Shown: one piece after another, positions 8,163-16,553 of the stretch
Layout of the letters: each line of letters opens with the position of its first letter
Numbering within the stretch: position 1 is the first letter of the stretch
NCBI GenBank assembly: GCA_964618805.1
Contig: CAZUBM010000030.1
Location: 1-18,439 of the forward strand
Reading direction: 5' to 3'
Length of the DNA stretch: 18,439 nt
Source of the DNA: an uncultured Nitrososphaerota archaeon
GTDB lineage: Archaea > Korarchaeota > Korarchaeia > Korarchaeales > Korarchaeaceae
Program-made: the position numbers and the translations under genes
Notes under the pieces: model-generated
Databases searched by the model: none
What the model was told of the DNA's origin: nothing
The model's input: only the letters and a program-made list of their open reading frames with translations

Positions 8163-9059
8163 ATGGCTGGTAGTGCCTTGCCAGTTAGAGATGTAATAAT
8201 AACAAACAGCGCTGGTATGGTCATATTAAGAAGGAGTTATGGTTCCTTACCTCCAGAGCAGGTAGAGACGACTGCTAGCATAGTAAATTTGATTACCCCT
8301 TTAATGGAGCAGATTGGTAAGACTGACGTTGGAAAGGTCATGCTAGGATCCCAGTATTTGACTTTCAAGAGAACCAAGGACCTGCTGTTCATAGTGTTTT
8401 CAGACAAGGACGTAAAGATGGAGATAGCTGAAGCAATATGTGAAGAAATCTCCAAGAAGTTCCCGCCTACTTATGAAAAGGAGCATGAAGAAGTTAGAAA
8501 GTTTAAGAAAGAGATAGACACAACGGTCTTAAGCTATATCGGTCAAAAGGAATTCATTCCCTGCTTTTTCAGCGGTACATTAGGCGTCGAATTCATTGCT
8601 TATCGAGACATCGACGGTGAATGGTCAGTTAGGGCTCAAGCCAATGAGGCAGGGGTAAGGGGGACTTGTGAAAAGCTCCACAAAGAATTAGCTCAATCTA
8701 AAAGCTTAAGGAGGAATGCCATTCTTAGAATAGAATCAAAGATAGCTCCGATCTTGGTAGCTATGGTTGGGAATGGACTTCTCTTTCTAGGGATTAATGA
8801 GGAAGAAGCCGATTTGGACATCTTATTTGATAGGATAAGAGAGCTAAGGGAAATTATTTCTCTCTCAAGGCCGAGAATTACATTACATGTGCCTGCTGAA
8901 ATGAGGGACCTGTATGAACGGACATTGAGCCTATACCTGCTGTTATATGAGGATGGAGAAAGTGTTTTGAGAAGGGATCTATCACATTTGATGCGAAGAG
9001 GCATGGGATTTGGTGAAGCTTTGAAAAAGCTTTTTGAAAAAGCCGAGTCGCAGATATAG
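8163..9059 (+). CDS. Longin-like plus roadblock/LC7-like multidomain protein (putative small-GTPase regulator)
   Basis: aa ~7-125 follow the longin b-b-a-b-b-b-a-a pattern (VIITNSAGMVILRRSY; helix; KVMLG; YLTFKR; LLFIVFSD; helix ending ISKKF; FKKEID). aa ~128-233 follow a roadblock-like pattern (GVEFIAYRDIDG...ILVAMVG.GLLFLGI....ADLDILFDRIRELREII). Fold inferred by eye and from context. Confidence 0.6.
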   Translation: MAGSALPVRDVIITNSAGMVILRRSYGSLPPEQVETTASIVNLITPLMEQIGKTDVGKVMLGSQYLTFKRTKDLLFIVFSDKDVKMEIAEAICEEISKKFPPTYEKEHEEVRKFKKEIDTTVLSYIGQKEFIPCFFSGTLGVEFIAYRDIDGEWSVRAQANEAGVRGTCEKLHKELAQSKSLRRNAILRIESKIAPILVAMVGNGLLFLGINEEEADLDILFDRIRELREIISLSRPRITLHVPAEMRDLYERTLSLYLLLYEDGESVLRRDLSHLMRRGMGFGEALKKLFEKAESQI

Positions 9060-9067
9060 GATCATTG

Positions 9068-9718
9068 ATGGAAAGACCTGCATTTACTTTGGCTGACTAT
9101 GGCCTAATGCTTACTTCAAGCCTATTTATTTCGTTTCTCACGATCACTCTTGTAGTTAGAAAGATAGTGAGGTTTCCTTACTCAGAATTTATTATTCCTC
9201 CGCTCATAATACTTGGATCCATTGTATGGTTTGCATCCTCAAAGGCTCATAGAACAAAATCTCTTGCGAGGAAGTATTGTCTCCTCTTCGGTATATATTT
9301 GCTCCTTATTGGAGCACCAAGACTTCTACTCGTCCTCAGACCTGCTTGGAGGCTATTTGCTGTTCTAAGCACTCTTGAGCTGACATCCTATGTCCCTCTG
9401 GTTCTTGGATTGGCACTAGTTCTTTCGACAAGATTCGCTTTGATGGACTTGAAGGAAATTCTGATCTTGTTGCTGGTTCTCTTAGCTATCTTATTCCTTC
9501 TTTTTGATGTAATTGTGGAGAAAGCAGCCCCACCTTTTCAAAAGGAACGAACTATCCTCGATATACCTTCCATTTTGCTACTTCACATATCATTGAACTC
9601 TCTTTGCTTGGCTCTATCGACTGTTGGGAGCTTAACTCTCCCAAAAGCTTTTCATATCAGGCAATGGGGGAGTTGGAAAAACTTCTTTTTGCAGGAGATT
9701 TGCATTAGGAGTATTTGA
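9068..9718 (+). CDS. Polytopic membrane protein (~6 TM); possibly the N-terminal half of a frameshifted fusion with the downstream GTPase
   Basis: Six hydrophobic segments in the first ~190 aa. The last ~24 codons overlap the GTPase P-loop encoded in the +1 frame. Starts 5-8 nt after the upstream stop (TTG 9065 / ATG 9068). Confidence 0.75.
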   Translation: MERPAFTLADYGLMLTSSLFISFLTITLVVRKIVRFPYSEFIIPPLIILGSIVWFASSKAHRTKSLARKYCLLFGIYLLLIGAPRLLLVLRPAWRLFAVLSTLELTSYVPLVLGLALVLSTRFALMDLKEILILLLVLLAILFLLFDVIVEKAAPPFQKERTILDIPSILLLHISLNSLCLALSTVGSLTLPKAFHIRQWGSWKNFFLQEICIRSI

Positions 9719-10136
9719 TAAGAGCTATAAGATGACCATAGGCGTTGACTTTTACTCAAATGACATGATAATAGACAGAACGCTGTATAAACTAGTTATC
9801 TGGGACATGGCAGGTCAAGAAAGATTTGGGTTTATGAGGCCAGCGTTTTACAAGGGGAGTTCTGGAGGATTCATAGCCTTTAGCTTAGTGGATGATCAAA
9901 GCCTACAGGACGTGCCAGGATGGGTAAAGGAAGCTGAAGACAATATAGGCAAGGTTCCACTTATTCTTGTGGGAACAAAGCGAGATTTAGGGGCGAATAT
10001 AAAGAGAGATCCTAGAAAACTTGTAAAGGAGCTAGGTTTTGAGGGTTACATAGAAACGAGTGCTTTAAGCGGAGAGAATATAGAAGAAGCTGTTAAACTG
10101 CTAGTAACGAGAATAACACGAGAATCTACTAAGTAG
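9645..10136 (+). CDS. Rab-like small GTPase domain (Ras superfamily) lacking its own start codon
   Basis: In the frame of ORF 9732 the upstream sequence reads KLFISGNGGVGKTSFCRRFALGVFDKSYKM (G1 at 9660-9683). Then TIGVDF (G2), KLVIWDMAGQERF (G3), FYKGS, LVGTKRD (G4), ETSAL (G5). An in-frame TAA lies at 9633-9635, with no ATG/GTG/TTG between it and the P-loop. Confidence 0.9.
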   Translation, partial: KLFISGNGGVGKTSFCRRFALGVFDKSYKMTIGVDFYSNDMIIDRTLYKLVIWDMAGQERFGFMRPAFYKGSSGGFIAFSLVDDQSLQDVPGWVKEAEDNIGKVPLILVGTKRDLGANIKRDPRKLVKELGFEGYIETSALSGENIEEAVKLLVTRITRESTK

Positions 10137-10249
10137 GCTTCGAATAAGGGAGCAAGACGATTTTACTATTTACCTCCTCAATGCCTCCTAAAATCGTTGA
10201 TTTTCACATTTAGTTCAACTTTTTAACAAATTGGTCAAGTAAAGCTGTC

Positions 10250-10265
10250 CAAAAAGCCTTTAAAG
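10250..10265 (+). promoter_or_regulatory. BRE + TATA-like promoter of the liv-type operon
   Basis: AAAAAG-CC-TTTAAA (TTTAAA at 10259-10264), ~45 nt before ATG 10309, which has an SD-like AGGTG. Confidence 0.5.
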
Positions 10266-10308
10266 ACGCGACTCGTTGCAAACGAAATCCCTATCGAAGG
10301 TGTGGACA

Positions 10309-11583
10309 ATGGCAGAGGGAAGTAAACTTGGAAATACCCAAAAACTTGTTGCTATATTGTTTTTAGGACTGTTAATAGGTCTTGGAGCCGGATATGCACT
10401 ATTTTCAGGAGGTCAGCTATCAGCAGGGCCCGTAGAGTCCCCACAACCGGCTTTAGCTGAAGAGAAAGTCTATAAGATCGGCTTTACCATTCCGCTATCC
10501 GGTGAACTGTCTTCGGTCGGAAAGTTGTGGGAGAAGGCAATTTACATGGCTGTAGATGATCTAAATGAAGAAATTAAGGCGTACGGGCTAAACGTCAGGT
10601 TTGAGCTTGTTGTTCTTGATGACAAGACCAAAGAGGAGGATGCGCTGAAGAACATTCAAAGCCTGAATCAACTGGGAATCAAGGTAGTTATCGGCCCAGC
10701 TGCAAGCTCTCAGGTAAAAGCAGTCATGAACTACGCTGATTCGAATAAAATGGTGATAATCTCCCCTTCATCGACTGCTCCAACCCTTGCCATCCCCGGA
10801 GATTTTGTCTTCAGAAACACCGGATCAGATGCATTACAAGCTAAAGCTCTTGCTTCTTTAGTTTCTCACGAAGGTTTCAAGAACGTTGTGGTATTCCATA
10901 GAGATGACGAATATGGAAGAGCTTTTGCAGATTTCTTCAAGAAAGAGTTCTCTGCCATTGGGGGCAAGGCAGAATCAATGCCGTATGCAACTGGGCTTTC
11001 TGACTACGCATCTGAGGTTGCTGGATTGAGCAGCAAGGTTCAAGAACTCGGTGCAGATGCTGTTGTTCTGATTTCCTTTGACACAGACGGAGCAAACATC
11101 TTGTCTCATGCCAAGGACGATCCAGTGCTCTCTAATACAAGATGGTTCTCTAGCGAGGGAATTCATGGAGCTTCTGAATTATTGCAACCTGAAATGGCTA
11201 AATTCCTCATAAAAATAAAATTCCTTGGTACAAGACCCGTTTTCAGGGAAAATCCATTGTACAAGGAGTTTGCTGAAAGGTTCAAGAGCGAAACAGGGGA
11301 TTATCCGCCAGTTTTCACGGACAAAGTATACGATGCGGTCTTTTTGGCTGGATGGTCTATTCTTAGGGCTGGAGAGTATGATGGAGAAGCGATCAAGAAA
11401 GCGCTGCCATTAGTGGCTGAGAGATACTATGGGGTCTCTGGATGGTGCATATTGGACGAGAATGGAGACAGATTAATGCAGGATTATGCAATATGGGGCA
11501 TAGCACAGTCAGGAACTGCATATGAATTCAAGGACATCGGTTCTTGGTCTGCTGGAGCTTTAACGATGGAGGCAGGGGATTAA
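10309..11583 (+). CDS. livK: Branched-chain amino acid (HAAT family) ABC transporter substrate-binding protein with N-terminal membrane anchor
   Basis: N-terminal TM helix; YKIG..IPLSGELS..G, VIGPAASS, ISPSSTAP.L, FVFR, DDEYG, YDAV, G.SG...LDENGDR. Heads a liv-type operon. Ligand not determinable. Confidence 0.88.
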   Translation: MAEGSKLGNTQKLVAILFLGLLIGLGAGYALFSGGQLSAGPVESPQPALAEEKVYKIGFTIPLSGELSSVGKLWEKAIYMAVDDLNEEIKAYGLNVRFELVVLDDKTKEEDALKNIQSLNQLGIKVVIGPAASSQVKAVMNYADSNKMVIISPSSTAPTLAIPGDFVFRNTGSDALQAKALASLVSHEGFKNVVVFHRDDEYGRAFADFFKKEFSAIGGKAESMPYATGLSDYASEVAGLSSKVQELGADAVVLISFDTDGANILSHAKDDPVLSNTRWFSSEGIHGASELLQPEMAKFLIKIKFLGTRPVFRENPLYKEFAERFKSETGDYPPVFTDKVYDAVFLAGWSILRAGEYDGEAIKKALPLVAERYYGVSGWCILDENGDRLMQDYAIWGIAQSGTAYEFKDIGSWSAGALTMEAGD

Positions 11584-11674
11584 ATCTCTATACAAAGAGG
11601 CACATTCCCCCTCTTCTCTCAATTCTTATTTTGCTCTCATAGATCTTCAAAAACGAAAAATAAGGTGAAACTTT

Positions 11675-12622
11675 ATGGTTGGCCCAACTGAACTGTTGAA
11701 CACGGTTTGGATAGGGATAATCTACATGATCATAGCCATTCCGTTGACTTTAAGCTATAGGGTCACAAGAATCATAAACTTCGTGCACATAAACTTCATA
11801 ACAATAGGGGCCTACGTAGGGGTTATCCTCTTTTTGCAGGGAGTTAATAGCCTTCTACTCCTCCTACCAGCTTCCTTTCTTTTCGGCGCAGCAATAGCGG
11901 TTCTAAACCATTTCATAGCATTTTCTCCTTTAGAAAAGAGAGGAGCAAATCCTGTAATACTTATGATAGCCTCTCTCGGATTATGGATCTTCTACAAATA
12001 CATGATTTACGCCATACTCGACTTAGGTCAAAAAGTGTTCAGAACGAACCTATTTTCAGTAATTCCTAGGGCGACATCCCTGCCCAGCGTTTCTTTAGGG
12101 AATTATGTACTAAGTGGACACTTTTTTGCAGCACTCCTTGTAGCAGGAGTAATTATCACAATTCTCTACATATTGTTGTCAAAGACAGCCATAGGCAGAG
12201 CGATAAGGGCTGTTGCAGATAATCCAATACTTGCAGAGATCTCTGGCATACCTAGAGAGAGAGTCGTATCGATAACATGGGCTCTATGTGGCGGAATGGC
12301 TGCTATTGGTGGTCTCCTATGGGCTGTTTTTGCTATAGCAACCCCAGAAGTAGGAGATGCATTAATCCTACAGATATTTGCTGTGTCGGTTATAGGAGGA
12401 CTAGAAAGCCTACTTTGGACAGGTATTGGTGCCTTCATCATATCGGGGGCTGAAAATATATTGATGTCGATTCTAAATGCTACATTGGGTGTTCCAGTCA
12501 GTTTTAGGCCTTTCATTTCATTCTCAGCCCTTCTATTGATAATCTTGGCTAAACCTCCTTTAGGAGCAGGAGGAGGGCTTCCATACAGATTCAAGGTAGG
12601 ATTAGAGCGTTTTAAGAGGTGA
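11675..12622 (+). CDS. livH: HAAT ABC transporter permease (LivH-like)
   Basis: LTLSYRVTRIINFVH, KTAIGRAIRAVADNPILAEISGI, AVSVIGGL; multiple TM helices; SD-like AAGGTGA. Confidence 0.88.
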   Translation: MVGPTELLNTVWIGIIYMIIAIPLTLSYRVTRIINFVHINFITIGAYVGVILFLQGVNSLLLLLPASFLFGAAIAVLNHFIAFSPLEKRGANPVILMIASLGLWIFYKYMIYAILDLGQKVFRTNLFSVIPRATSLPSVSLGNYVLSGHFFAALLVAGVIITILYILLSKTAIGRAIRAVADNPILAEISGIPRERVVSITWALCGGMAAIGGLLWAVFAIATPEVGDALILQIFAVSVIGGLESLLWTGIGAFIISGAENILMSILNATLGVPVSFRPFISFSALLLIILAKPPLGAGGGLPYRFKVGLERFKR

Positions 12623-12627
12623 CTTGT

Positions 12628-13674
12628 GTGACGCTAGGATTCGATGTGTTAGGGTTTCTAATATCTTGGATTACCCTTTTTGGCACCTATGCAATAATAT
12701 CCATGTCATTAAACCTAGAAATTGGATTTACGGGAATGGCTGATTTCGGAAAAGTTGCTTTTTATGGTATAGGTGCTTACCTAGCGGCAACCATCACAGC
12801 TATCATCTTTTTAGTAGTTAATGGAATAAAGTGCCCCCTTCATTCAGTTGAGGCTATAGTTGCATTAAAGAAATGCGCATCTAAGAATCCACTGTTAAAT
12901 ATAGGGACCTTTGTACTTTGCCTCTTTGTCACATTCTTCGTAACAGGAGGCATTGGTTATTTGATCTCCTACCCTACTCTGAGAGTTGGTCCAGCTTTCC
13001 TTGGAATAACTGTCTTGAGCTTTGGAGAGTTGCTTAGGATATTCATGAGACACTTTGAGCCAACAGGTGGTACGAAGGGATTAGCAGGCATCCCCCATCC
13101 CTTAGCTTGGATTTCAAACCCAAGGCTTAGAGATGGAATATATGCGCTTGTAATACTCGCTATAATGCTGTTGACTTACTTAGTGTCGGAGAGAATCGCA
13201 AATTCGCCCTTCGGGAGGATAATGCGGACTGTTAGAGATGATGAAATTGCATCCCTCTGTCTAGGTAAGCACGTTCCTAGAATAAAAGCCTCTGTTTTCT
13301 TCCTGGCATCAGGCTTTGCTGGGATAGCTGGTGTGCTACTAGCTTATTATCTGGGTTCAGTAAACCCAGACATGTTTGTTCCTGCTGTAACCTTCAATGT
13401 ATGGGCAATGGTGATTTTCGGAGGGATGGGCAATAACAAAGGGGCAATAGTGGGTAGTGCTGTGATCACCTTTGTTGATAGGATATCTTTTGTGGTAAAC
13501 CTACTATTCCCTGAAGCCATCATAAGTCCTGATTACATAAGATGGATGATAATAGGGGTCCTAATACTGGTTACTCTTTTGTTTAAGCCTCAAGGCCTTG
13601 TGCCAGAGAGTCCAATGAAGAGCCCTGCACTCAAAATAATCTCAGATGAATTGGAAGGTGATAATGGTGCTTGA
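12628..13674 (+). CDS. livM: HAAT ABC transporter permease (LivM-like)
   Basis: SLNLEIGFTGMADFGKVAFYGIGAY, TGGTKGLAGIP, NSPFGRIMRTVRDDE, GGMGN..GA. GTG 12628 has SD GAGGTGA; GTG 12619 is an alternative start. Confidence 0.88.
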   Translation: MTLGFDVLGFLISWITLFGTYAIISMSLNLEIGFTGMADFGKVAFYGIGAYLAATITAIIFLVVNGIKCPLHSVEAIVALKKCASKNPLLNIGTFVLCLFVTFFVTGGIGYLISYPTLRVGPAFLGITVLSFGELLRIFMRHFEPTGGTKGLAGIPHPLAWISNPRLRDGIYALVILAIMLLTYLVSERIANSPFGRIMRTVRDDEIASLCLGKHVPRIKASVFFLASGFAGIAGVLLAYYLGSVNPDMFVPAVTFNVWAMVIFGGMGNNKGAIVGSAVITFVDRISFVVNLLFPEAIISPDYIRWMIIGVLILVTLLFKPQGLVPESPMKSPALKIISDELEGDNGA

Positions 13675-14419
13675 AGTCGTTGACTTAGCAAAATATTTTG
13701 GAGGAATAAAGGCATTAGATGGAGTATCTCTGGAAGTTAAGAGAGGATCAATAGTGGGACTTATAGGCCCCAATGGTTCCGGGAAAACAACTCTCTTTAA
13801 CGTCGTAACAGGTTTTTATGAGTCCACAAGGGGAGAAGTGTGGTTTAATGGTGAGAGAATAGATGGCTTGAACCCAAATGAGATCTACTTAAAGGGGCTC
13901 GTTAGGACCTTTCAAATTCCGAGGCTTTTTCACTCTCTATCTGTTCTTGAGAACGTACTGGTAACTCCTCCAAATCAAATTGGAGAAAGACCCTTAAATG
14001 CCCTTTTTAAAAAGAAGTGGACCGATCAAGAGGTAAATCTAGCAAAGCAAGCGGTTAACATCCTTAAAATGCTTGGCTTGGCCCCCTATGCTAATGTTAA
14101 GGTTTCCGATCTATCTGCAGCTCATATAAAACTCCTTGAGACCGCAAGAGGTCTGATGGGGGGAGCAAAGCTTTTGTTACTTGATGAGCCCACAGCTGGA
14201 GTCGCTTATACAACTGCAAAGGAACTGTTCGACTTCATAGTTGAATTGAGAGACGAAAAAGGCTTGACCTTCTTCATCATAGAACATAGATTAGAGGTCT
14301 TGATGGATTACGTGGAATATGTTTACGTCTTACATAACGGAAAGCTTCTATCAGAGGGAAGACCAGAGGAAGTTGTTGAGGATAGGAAGGTCATAGAGGC
14401 ATACATAGGTGAGGGGTGA
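13664..14419 (+). CDS. livG: HAAT ABC transporter ATP-binding protein (LivG-like)
   Basis: FGGIKALDGVS, Walker A GPNGSGKTT, GLVRTFQ, LLLLDEPTAG, IEH, VIEAYIG. Signature motif is degenerate (LSAAH). Confidence 0.92.
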   Translation: MVLEVVDLAKYFGGIKALDGVSLEVKRGSIVGLIGPNGSGKTTLFNVVTGFYESTRGEVWFNGERIDGLNPNEIYLKGLVRTFQIPRLFHSLSVLENVLVTPPNQIGERPLNALFKKKWTDQEVNLAKQAVNILKMLGLAPYANVKVSDLSAAHIKLLETARGLMGGAKLLLLDEPTAGVAYTTAKELFDFIVELRDEKGLTFFIIEHRLEVLMDYVEYVYVLHNGKLLSEGRPEEVVEDRKVIEAYIGEG

Positions 14420-15132
14420 TGGACGCGATTCTAAAGATAGATGAACTTTACGCAGGTTATGGCAAGATGGAGGTGCTACACGGGATTAACATGGAAGTTA
14501 GAAGGGAAGAGATCGTCGCCTTACTAGGACCGAACGGAGCTGGAAAGACAACTCTACTTAATAGCGTTTTTGGCATTGCTAGGGTTTTCAAGGGCAATGT
14601 AATGTTTGCTGGAGAGAACATAATAGGAAAGAGTCCTTATAGACTAGTTAGAATGGGATTAGGATACTCTCCTCAGCTCAACAACATATTTCCAAACCTT
14701 TCTGTCATAGAAAATCTCCTGATGGGCGCCTTCATAAGAAGAAAGGATCTTAGTGTTGAGGAGAGCATAGATGAGATATTTCAGCTCTTTCCAGAGATCG
14801 AAAGGAGAAAGAATCAGAGGGCTAAGACTCTTAGTGGAGGAGAAAGGCAGATGCTTGCGGTAGCCAGGGCTCTAATGGCTAAGCCAAGGCTGATAATGCT
14901 TGATGAGCCTACTGCAGGATTGGCTCCCAAAGCCGCTACAACCCTAATAAAAAAGATTTCTGAGATGCGAGAGATGGGAATAACTGTATTGCTAGTCGAA
15001 CAAAACATCAAAAGGGCTCTTGAAATTGCCGATAGAGCCTATGTACTCTCTAGTGGAGAAATAGTTAGGGCAGCCGAGTCAGAAGAGCTCCTTAAAGAGG
15101 ATATCGAAAAGCTCTTCTTCAAACAAAGCTAG
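14416..15132 (+). CDS. livF: HAAT ABC transporter ATP-binding protein (LivF-like)
   Basis: AGYG, GPNGAGKTT, LSGGERQMLAVARALM, LDEPTAGLAP, LLVEQN. Start is GTG 14416 or ATG 14419. Confidence 0.93.
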   Translation: MMDAILKIDELYAGYGKMEVLHGINMEVRREEIVALLGPNGAGKTTLLNSVFGIARVFKGNVMFAGENIIGKSPYRLVRMGLGYSPQLNNIFPNLSVIENLLMGAFIRRKDLSVEESIDEIFQLFPEIERRKNQRAKTLSGGERQMLAVARALMAKPRLIMLDEPTAGLAPKAATTLIKKISEMREMGITVLLVEQNIKRALEIADRAYVLSSGEIVRAAESEELLKEDIEKLFFKQS

Positions 15133-15168
15133 CATTCCCTTAAGTTTTTTAACAAAAGTGTTAGAGGG
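15133..15168. terminator. Short convergent intergenic region with T-tract (probable terminator between livF and glyA)
   Basis: T6 at 15145-15150 after livF; an A-rich stretch gives a short T-run on the minus strand; imperfect flanking inverted repeat CCCT-TAA...TTAGAGGG. Confidence 0.35.
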
Positions 15169-16503
15169 CTACGTTCTAAGTACTATGTGCTTATAAGCTT
15201 CATTCATGCTTTCAAAGCAGTAATGTATGTGCTTAAACCTTTCCCTAAGCCTTTTGACGTCTTTTGCCACGTTCTTTGGATCCTCCTTATCTAATAGGAC
15301 TCTCTTATAGAACTTGGCCATCTCCTCCATTTCTCCCTCCTTCATGCCAAGTCTCGTGATTTCTAACGTGCCTATTCTAATCCCTCCTGGATCTCTGAAG
15401 TTTCTCCCTCTCTTTATATCCCAAGGAAGAAGATTCCTATTTACTATTATGTTGGCTTCTTCTAAGATCTTCTCGGCCCATAAACCTCCTCCTATATCGG
15501 CTACATCAACAAGAACCTGATGACACTCTGTGAATCCTCTATCTGCACCAAGCACATTCAAACCCAAGTCATACATTGCTTGAGCAAGGGCCTTAGCGTT
15601 CTTTATGATCTGATTAGCGTACTCCTTTCCAAACTCCTTAAGTTCAGCCAAGGCTATTGCTAGGGCTGCAACTGCTCCTAAATGATGGTTGCTTAATAAG
15701 CCTGGGAAACATGCTTGTTTTATCAGCTCGAATTTTTCATCATCATTTGTAACGATCATGCCGTGCTGGGGTCCTGGTAACGTCTTATGAGTGCTCATTG
15801 TCATAGTATCTGCTCCCTCTCTAAGAGGATCCTGAAATCTTCCAGCACCGATTAATCCAGCAAGATGAGCTGCATCATAATTTACGATAGCTCCCATAGA
15901 ATGTGCAACATCCGCTATCTCTTTTACAGGTTGAGGAAAAAGAATTTCGGAAGCTCCAAACATTATGAGCTTTGGCTTATACTTTTCCATTCTCCTAATC
16001 GTCTTGTCAACGTCTATGTTCATTTCTTCATCATTGAAAGCTATGTACTTGACATCAAGGCCATGCACTGCTCCAGCCGTACCTCCTATTCTAGTTCCCT
16101 TTGATCCATAGAGGGGGCCCATGCTGATGTGCCCGCCTTTAGTTATAGGAAGGGCCATCATCACATCTCCTGGTTTTGTAAAAGCGGTATATACAGCAAG
16201 ATTTGCGATTACTCCACTTATTGGTCTTACGTCGGCATGTTTAGCCCTGTAGATTTCCTTTGCAAGCTCCATAGCGATCATTTCTACCTGATCTATGAAC
16301 TTGCAGCCAGCATAAACACGTTCCCCTACCCACCCTTCAGCATATCTGTGCTCGAAGTCACAAATTAGTGCTTCCCTAACAGCGTAGCTAGTCACGTTTT
16401 CACTAGCTATCATAGGAAGCGAGCTGTCAAACCACTTTTGATGCTCTTCTATAAGATGAAAGACCTTATTGTAGGCTTCCCTTGCTTCCACTATCTCACC
16501 CAT
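15169..16503 (-). CDS. glyA: Serine hydroxymethyltransferase, archaeal type
   Basis: MIASENVTS, RYAEG....RVYAG, RPISG..AN, GGHIS, YDAAH, PLP-Lys motif STHKTLPGPQ, SNHH, GIRIGT.E.TR.G. ATG at 16503 preferred. Confidence 0.95.
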   Translation of the reverse strand: MGEIVEAREAYNKVFHLIEEHQKWFDSSLPMIASENVTSYAVREALICDFEHRYAEGWVGERVYAGCKFIDQVEMIAMELAKEIYRAKHADVRPISGVIANLAVYTAFTKPGDVMMALPITKGGHISMGPLYGSKGTRIGGTAGAVHGLDVKYIAFNDEEMNIDVDKTIRRMEKYKPKLIMFGASEILFPQPVKEIADVAHSMGAIVNYDAAHLAGLIGAGRFQDPLREGADTMTMSTHKTLPGPQHGMIVTNDDEKFELIKQACFPGLLSNHHLGAVAALAIALAELKEFGKEYANQIIKNAKALAQAMYDLGLNVLGADRGFTECHQVLVDVADIGGGLWAEKILEEANIIVNRNLLPWDIKRGRNFRDPGGIRIGTLEITRLGMKEGEMEEMAKFYKRVLLDKEDPKNVAKDVKRLRERFKHIHYCFESMNEAYKHIVLRT

Positions 16504-16553
16504 GTTCGATGTTGTAATGAAAAATAAAATTGAGACCTTCAACTGACATTGAG

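Noticed and set aside
9732-10136. 134-aa GTPase starting at ATG 9732 as a complete protein
   Set aside because: It would lack strand beta-1 and the P-loop, which are intact in frame upstream.
6204-10254. Identical 10-mer CTGTCCAAAA before the TATA-like boxes of tyrS (6204-6213) and livK (10245-10254)
   Set aside because: Shared 10-mers are expected by chance in 18 kb, and part of the match is the A-rich BRE; two instances do not support a regulon.
2234-16368. Many antisense or alternate-frame ORFs inside long genes (e.g. 2234-2731, 2996-3457, 7793-8224, 8693-9004, 12166-12594, 15314-16368)
   Set aside because: They are shadows of well-supported genes and carry no independent motifs.
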